In this document: piece after piece, positions 48,666-55,643 of the stretch | How the letters are laid out: every line of letters starts with the position of its first letter | How positions within the stretch are numbered: position 1 is the first letter of the stretch | Assembly (NCBI RefSeq): GCF_001194135.2 | Contig: NC_068993.1 | Location: 18,016,737 to 18,072,379, forward strand | Length of the DNA: 55,643 nucleotides | Reading direction: 5' to 3' | DNA from: Octopus bimaculoides | Taxonomy: Eukaryota | Translations under genes and position numbers: made by a program | Notes under the pieces: generated by a model | Database searches by the model: none | What the model was told of the DNA's origin: nothing | Seen by the model: only the letters and a program-made list of their open reading frames with translations

Positions 48666-50606
48666 CTAATTAGAAAAATAACACAAAAAAAACAAACAAT
48701 TATTATCCAGTTGATAATTATCAAAGTTGTATGTAACCCTCAATTTATTTTTAATTTTTATGATCTTTTAAACTTTGCTGAATTTATTTATTGTTCACTT
48801 ATGTTGATGGTGATGATGATATTTAATTCCTTTTATTCTGTTTAGTATCAAAATAAGTTATGTCACATTTATAGTTTGAACATAGGTATGGCAAAGAGAG
48901 ACACTCGAATACATGGAAATTAAGGATCTGTTTTGGAAAATTCAGTTCAATAAAGTTCTGAAAATAAGATAAGCTGAAGTATAATTACAATATGGGGAAG
49001 AAATAAGAAGTATGTTAGCAGGTTGAAAAAAAGATGTGGAGGAAATATGAGTGAGAGAGAGAGAGAGAGATTGATAGTGTCTGAGTGTGTGTGTGTGTGG
49101 CAGTGGAAAAAGATCACAAGCAGAGAGGAATTAAGATCCAAAGAGACCCTAAACACTTAAAAAATTTTGGTGCTTCCATATATATGTAATTCAAAATATA
49201 AACAATAATAAACCATAAAAAAGATTTTTATTTTTCAGAATGAAATANNNNNNNNNNNNNNNNNNNNNNNNNNNNNNNNNNNNNNNNNNNNNNNNNNNNN
49301 NNNNNNNNNNNNNNNNNNNNNNNNNNNNNNNNNNNNNNNNNNNNNNNNNNNNNNNNNNNNNNNNNNNNNNNNNNNNNNNNNNNNNNNNNNNNNNNNNNNN
49401 NNNNNNNNNNNNNNNNNNNNNNNNNNNNNNNNNNNNNNNNNNNNNNNNNNNNNNNNNNNNNNNNNNNNNNNNNNNNNNNNNNNNNNNNNNNNNNNNNNNN
49501 NNNNNNNNNNNNNNNNNNNNNNNNNNNNNNNNNNNNNNNNNNNNNNNNNNNNNNNNNNNNNNNNNNNNNNNNNNNNNNNNNNNNNNNNNNNNNNNNNNNN
49601 NNNNNNNNNNNNNNNNNNNNNNNNNNNNNNNNNNNNNNNNNNNNNNNNNNNNNNNNNNNNNNNNNNNNNNNNNNNNNNNNNNNNNNNNNNNNNNNNNNNN
49701 NNNNNNNNNNNNNNNNNNNGTGTCTTCTGCTATGGCCTTGGGCCGAACAAAGCCTCGTGAGTGGATTTGGCAGACGGAAACTGAAAGAAGCCCATCGTAT
49801 ATATGTATATATATATGTGTGTGTGTGTGTGTGTATGTTTGTGTGCTTGTGTTTGTCCCCCCAACATCGCTTGACAACCGATGCTGGTGTGTTTACGTCC
49901 CCGTAACTTAGCGGTTCGGCAAAAAGAGACCGATAGAATAAGTACTAGGCTTACAAAGAATAAGTCCTGGGGTTGATTTGCTCGACTAAAGGCGGTGCTC
50001 CAGCATGGCCACAGTCAAATGACTGACACAAGTAAAAGAGTAAAACAGTAATGCAGACAACCCAGTAGTTTCCTTGAACTCCAGGATTTCTTCTTCGCTG
50101 TTTACTATAATTCACAAACCACAACTTCCTGCTAGCCTAACCTAAAAATTCACTAAAGAATTATGTCACAATATGATAAGATTCCTACTTCCTTTCCTTC
50201 TTGTCAGCCGTTATCTATCTTCATACGACATCTCTTTCTTCTTTCTTAAAACTCATAAGTGTAGTAACATAAAACCATTTCATTAAGTTCTCCTCAGTGT
50301 CATGTCTCATAGCTTCAGCTTCACATTCTATTCCTCTGTGTTTTTCTGAATTGTCATTATTATTTCTTCTGGTTTTAAATTCTGAGTTCAAATTCTACCC
50401 AAGGTTGACTTTGCTCTTCATCCATTTGGAGGGTCAATAAAGTAAGTATCAGTTGAGTAATGGGACTGACATAATTGAGTAACCATTGCCCCTAAATTTA
50501 CTGGCCTTGTGTGAAAGTTTGAAACCATTATTTCAGAGATGTATTTGTCTGAGACCCTGTGTTGAAACTTAAACAATTACAGCATGGAAGACATACATAT
50601 TAGCCA

Positions 50607-50993
50607 CTCGTTGTTGTTGTTGGCACTCTGTCGCTTACGACGTCGAGGGTTCCAGTTGATCCGATCAACGGAACAGCCTGCTCGTGAAATTAACGTGCAA
50701 GTGGCTGAGCACTCCACAGACACGTGTACCCTTAACATAGTTCTCTGGGATATTCAGTGTGACACAGTGTGACAAGGCTGACCCTTTGAATTACAGGCAC
50801 AACAGGAAATAAGAGTGAGAGAAAGTTGTGGTGGAAGAGTACAGGAGGGTTCGCCACCATCCCCTTCCGGAGCCTCGTGGAGCTTTAGGTGTTTTCGCTC
50901 AATAAACACTCACAACACCCAGTCTGGGAATCGAAACCGCGATCCTATGACCACGAGTCCGCTGCCCTAACCACTGGGTCATTGCACCTCCCC
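50607..50993 (-). mobile_element. tRNA-derived SINE family B
   Basis: Head GGAGGTGCAATGACCCAGTGGTTAGGGCAGCGGACTCGTGG...GGTTTCGATTCCCAG; nearly identical copy at 37400-37735. Relatives with a different head and the same 3' half lie near 14790-14990, 19790-20100, 32340-32520, 37770-38090, 51390-51745. Confidence 0.85.
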
Positions 50994-52154
50994 ATTAGCC
51001 ATTCAAAAACACATAAAAACTTAACTTCACTTCAACATTTATTATTTGGTCTCAAACTTGTTCATGGCACTAATTTCTACCTGGTCACTGACACAGTTCC
51101 CCCGCATCTTATTTGTCCAACACAAAATGTAAATCATATCGGCACCCTCTTCATTTAATTTGCTCCAAATACAATAAACCTGACCATGCCATCACATTCT
51201 TCTTTATATCCATTTTTCCTTTTATCACATGGCACTAGCACAGGTGCTGTATACATGGCAGTGGCATGGGTGCTTTTTATGTGGTGCATGCAACAAGACC
51301 TTCTTAAACTAGTAACCCTTAAATATGTATTACTCTAACCATAATTAGAATCCTAATGAAGGACAACAATGCAATATCAATGTATGGTATGATAAAAAAA
51401 AAAGGTAAAGACCCCCTTTCATCATGAATGACCATGGGATTGCACCTAGGAAGTTACCCTCTAAGGCACAAGTCTGAGCAAGGTTGTTTATGGAAGACCA
51501 GGAGTCACTCATGCATACCAGTTTCCCTTCTCCATGCCACCGATGTTATCCAAGAGGAAGGCAAAAAACTGATACAGCTTGGCACCAGTGATGTTGCAAC
51601 TCATTTCTACAGCTGAGTGAACTGAGACAACGTGCAATAAAGTGTCTTGCTCAAGAACACAACATACAGCCTGGTCCGGGAATCGAACTCACTACTTCAT
51701 GATTATGAGCCTGATACTTTAACCACTGAGCCATGTGCCTTGGTATGATACAAATAACAAAATCACCATAAACCAAGAACCTTTTAACAAGTTCAACTGT
51801 ATCAGAATGAAGGACAATTTAGAACAATGAAAACATAAGATATAACAGATTCACAGACAACAAGCACATGAAACATACACTTCTTTCATTAGCTGCCTAA
51901 TGGTTATTATTATGGTTTGGGTAGTAGGTACATAAGAAGTAACTTGGTAGATAAGTATTCAAATATTTAAACATATTCTTACTAACAAATATTTACATAG
52001 ATATACATACATGCATAAATTCATATACAGACACAGACACAAGTTGCTATGATACAACAAGTTTCTGTCTCTTTTGCCAGACATAATAAATAAGCAAGAA
52101 TATACAGATGTACATATCTTAGCTAGAAATTTCTTAACAGGTTGAGAATCAATT

Positions 52155-52190
<36 letters not shown>

Positions 52191-52477
52191 TTTTATCTTT
52201 GAAAGGCATTAGAGACCACACAAGTTGTATAACGCTGGTCTTAATGTTTTATTCTAACTAGTTTTGTTTGATCCTGCCTTTCATCACTATAAATATCAAA
52301 AGAGTAACCTTTTTACATGAGCAAATGAAGGATACTCTATGTGGTCACTCAATTTGATAGAAATAACACAAAAATCTCCTTCAAATCACACTTTGCCATC
52401 TCAATAAAGAAAGTCACCACTGTGTCATGGCTGGAATGCCTTTGTTCATGTTTGCTTCATCAAGATTGATCTATGGC

Positions 52478-52545
<68 letters not shown>

Positions 52546-54011
52546 AATAGCAATAATAATAATAATAATATACAAGACACTATCCAATAATACAACTTAA
52601 ACGAAACAATCCACAAACACAAGACACTCTATACAGCAAATATCCAATGAATTAAACTACCACCAGCAATCCTAATACTCAATGCATAATACAAACACTA
52701 ATACAACAAAAGACTGTACCACACCTCAAAAACAAGAAAAAGAAAGCTGAGGCAATACAATACGGGAAGAGTATGCACATGCCCAACAACAAAAAAGAAC
52801 ACAATGCTGCACACACCTCAACAACACAGAGGTGTAGCAAGTGCTGTAGTAGAAATTTGCCTGAAACTACCAAATGTTGAACAATGATAATAATAATCCT
52901 TTCTATTATAGGTACAAGGCTTGAAATTTTGGGGGGAGGGAGCTGGTCAATTACATCGACCCCAGTGCTTAACTGGTACTTATTTTGTTGACCCTCGAAA
53001 GGATGAAATGCAAAGCCAACCTCTGTGGAATTTGAAGTCAGAACATAGCAACAGACGAAATACTACTAAGCATTTCCCCCGGTGTGCTAATGACTCAGCC
53101 AGCTTGCTACCTTAACAATGATAATAATAATGATAAATAAAAACAATCCTTTCTATTATAGGCACAAGGCCAGAAATTCCTCTTTTGGGTGGCGGGTGGA
53201 CTGGTCGATTACATCAACCCCAATGCTGAACTGGTAGTTATTTTTTCAACCTTGGCAGAATTTGAATTCAAAACATAACGCCAGAAGAAACACTACTAAG
53301 CATTTTGTCTGGCATGCAAACACTTCTGCAAGTTTGTTGCTTTTCTATAATAATAACAATAATAATAATGAAAATAATTCTATCAAAACTGAAATATTAC
53401 AAATATAACAGAATCTTAGTTCTCAGATCCTGGTCTCCTTCACATACACAATATCATTGCTAATCATAAATAGCACCTGTAGAAAAATGTCCAGTTGGCT
53501 GTTACTTGAGAATAATGATGATAATCTTTTGGCTTTTACTTGTTTCAATCATTAGACTACAGCCATGCTGGGACACTGTTTTGAAGCATTTTTAGACGAA
53601 ATAAATTGACTCCAATACTTAGTTTAAAAATTTTTTGTGCTTGGTACTTATTCTATCAGTCTCTTTTGATGAACTGCTAAGTTACAGGGACATTGCTGCC
53701 ACCGCTACCAACACCATGATCCTCACTACCATCATCCCCACCATTACCACTATCATCACTACAATCACCACCATCATCATCATGTTTCCTTTTTCATACA
53801 GGAATACATTGGGTTAGTTTTGTTAACTAGTATCTTATTATCAGATGCTCTTTCTGTTACCAACCCTTTTTGTTGCTGGATGACTAATTCTAAAACTGGA
53901 ATGCCCATGATATTCAACAACAATCTTTTAGAGAAAAAACAGAAAAAAAAAAACACACACACACACATAAAAAAAACAACTCAATATGAAAAGACTACCA
54001 AACAACTCTAC

Positions 54012-54237
54012 CTGTTCTGTTTCCACAAAATTAGCGACATGGCCGTCGTCATTGGTCCCTCTGACATTAAATCTTGTACCTGCTCGTTCACAACTTAGAC
54101 GAGAAATTAGGCATGCTTTAGCCTGTTTATCACCAGCATAGATAGTCCGGATTTCTACACCACCACATATAATTTTTAGCAGCCATTCTGTGCAGTTTAC
54201 ACCGAATCGATCCAAATGTACATGGAGTCTTTTATTC
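54012..54237 (-). CDS. SYNJ1: Synaptojanin exon, Sac1 domain ([21 protein letters not shown]...[21 protein letters not shown])
   Basis: Near-identical to SYNJ1 [49 protein letters not shown]; ttgcag acceptor, CAG|GTAGAG donor; 226 nt, phase 2 to 0. Confidence 0.97.
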
Positions 54238-54421
54238 CTGCAATAACATCAAAAAAATTGGAATTGCTATTAGGCACTAAAAGAACCAGTATGAGAGAGA
54301 AAAGAGAAACAGTTCTCCTGGTGAGACTCAACTAATACATCAGTCATTTACCTGAAATACATGTTACCAATGACACGAAACAGAGCATCTGCCATTCCAT
54401 TTCTTTCAGTTAGAAACTATG

Positions 54422-54717
54422 TCCGATTCTCAACTGACTGGGGGGGGGGGGGGTCCACACAAGCAAAATAGTAAATTGGGGATCCACATTAACGGCCAAC
54501 AAAAAAGTTTTGATTTAGATGTAATTATTGCAAGAAATAGCTAAATTTCTTTTGGAGACGTTTTACATAGTTCAACCGACACAAATATTACAAAATAAGA
54601 ACTTTGAAATAAGTATATATAAAACTAGTTTTTAAGCGTCGAATGGCTATGGGGCTCTGCCAGAATACTATAGTAATCAAAGGGGTCCATAGATAAAAAA
54701 TGATATGCGAACCACTG
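54422..54717. mobile_element. Degenerate second copy of the hAT MITE
   Basis: Shares caaaatagtaaattggggatcc, tgaatggctatgggg and gggtccatagataaaaaa with 28276-28611; termini eroded. Confidence 0.7.
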
Positions 54718-55643
54718 AAGCATATCATTCACCATTGTTTTAACATCTACTTTTCCCATGCTAGCCTGGATGAGATGTTATTAATCGAGGCAGTTTTCTG
54801 CAGCAGGATGCCCTTCCTGTCACCAACCCTCACCTGTTTCCAAACAAGATGTTTCCTCATGGCCAGATATACTATTTGCAGAATATTAGAAATGAATGAC
54901 ACTGTGCTTGTATGACAGCGAAACTCATTTACAACTATCATGTGATGTCAAGACAAGAAGACACACACATCCACATATATATATATATACCTATATGAAA
55001 AGCTTCTTTCAGATTCCATCTGCCAAATCCACTTAATAAGGCTTTGGTCAGCCCAGGGCTAAAGCAGAGGACACTTGTCAAAGGTGCTATGCAGTGGGAC
55101 TGAACCAATAACTATGTGGATGGGAAACAAACTTCTTAACCACACAGCCGTGCATCTATAATTATATTCATGCCTAAAATCTAACTTATTAAGATTACTA
55201 GCTATGTGTCGCCATCTCTTTCTGTTTGTGCTTTCCCAATGGGAAACGACTGATTTTACTGGATTTATCTCCCTTTGTTATATATATTGACTTGAATGCT
55301 ATCTATCATATGACAGATAATGCTGGAACATATTTTTGCCAATGTTACATCAGTCATTAATTGATAGTTAAACACTATTATTGTTACTGATAACTTATAT
55401 TTATTGCAAATATTCAAATAGGAAAAGTATTTTAATTATATTTTATTTCAATAAATATTTTTATTTTAAAAATTATCATTCAGGCACAGGCATGACTGTG
55501 TGGTAAGAAGCTTGCTTCCCTACCACATAGTTCCGGGTTCAGTCCCATCGCATAGCACCTTGGGCAAGTGTCTTCTACTATAGCCTCAGACTGACCAAAG
55601 CCTAGTGAATGGATTTTGTACATGGAAACTGAAAGAAGCTCAT

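Larger units (their letters stand above)
380..54237 (-). other. SYNJ1: Synaptojanin gene body, 5'-incomplete in window (22 traced coding exons)
   Basis: Translated exons match synaptojanin as recalled: Sac1 CX5R(T/S) motif [12 protein letters not shown], 5-phosphatase motifs [10 protein letters not shown] and [12 protein letters not shown]-like region and PxxPxR tail. All introns are GT-AG with consistent phases; traced CDS totals 3448 nt. The symbol denotes the family, as invertebrates lack the SYNJ1/SYNJ2 split. Confidence 0.96.

Noticed and set aside
54349-54440. CAG|GTAAAT donor upstream of the first traced exon
   Set aside because: No frame matches the expected ...RFF-W end of the preceding Sac1 exon.

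Overview
AT-rich, microsatellite- and SINE-dense animal genomic DNA with seven scaffold gaps. The repeat content looks like an octopus (coleoid cephalopod) assembly, which is an inference. The window lies inside one minus-strand gene, a synaptojanin (Sac1 phosphatase, inositol 5-phosphatase, RRM-like domain, proline-rich tail). I traced 22 GT-AG exons by hand from 54237 to the stop at 380; their phases chain into one frame of about 1148 codons. The 5' exons lie outside the window, and a roughly 50-aa Sac1 segment is missing, probably in the gap at 47215-47455. Introns hold several tRNA-derived SINE families, RTE LINE fragments, a HERO-like endonuclease fragment, a Penelope-like RT fragment, a decayed hAT transposase, a hAT MITE and long fold-back hairpins. 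The main surprise is four different minimal type I hammerhead ribozyme motifs in the introns (14120-14165, 24182-24310, 47779-47867, 47925-47980), plus a truncated fifth in a fold-back insertion. One sits behind a tRNA-like Pol III head, suggesting a ribozyme-bearing, Penelope-dependent SINE-like element. The synaptojanin tail also carries a CRIB-like motif.
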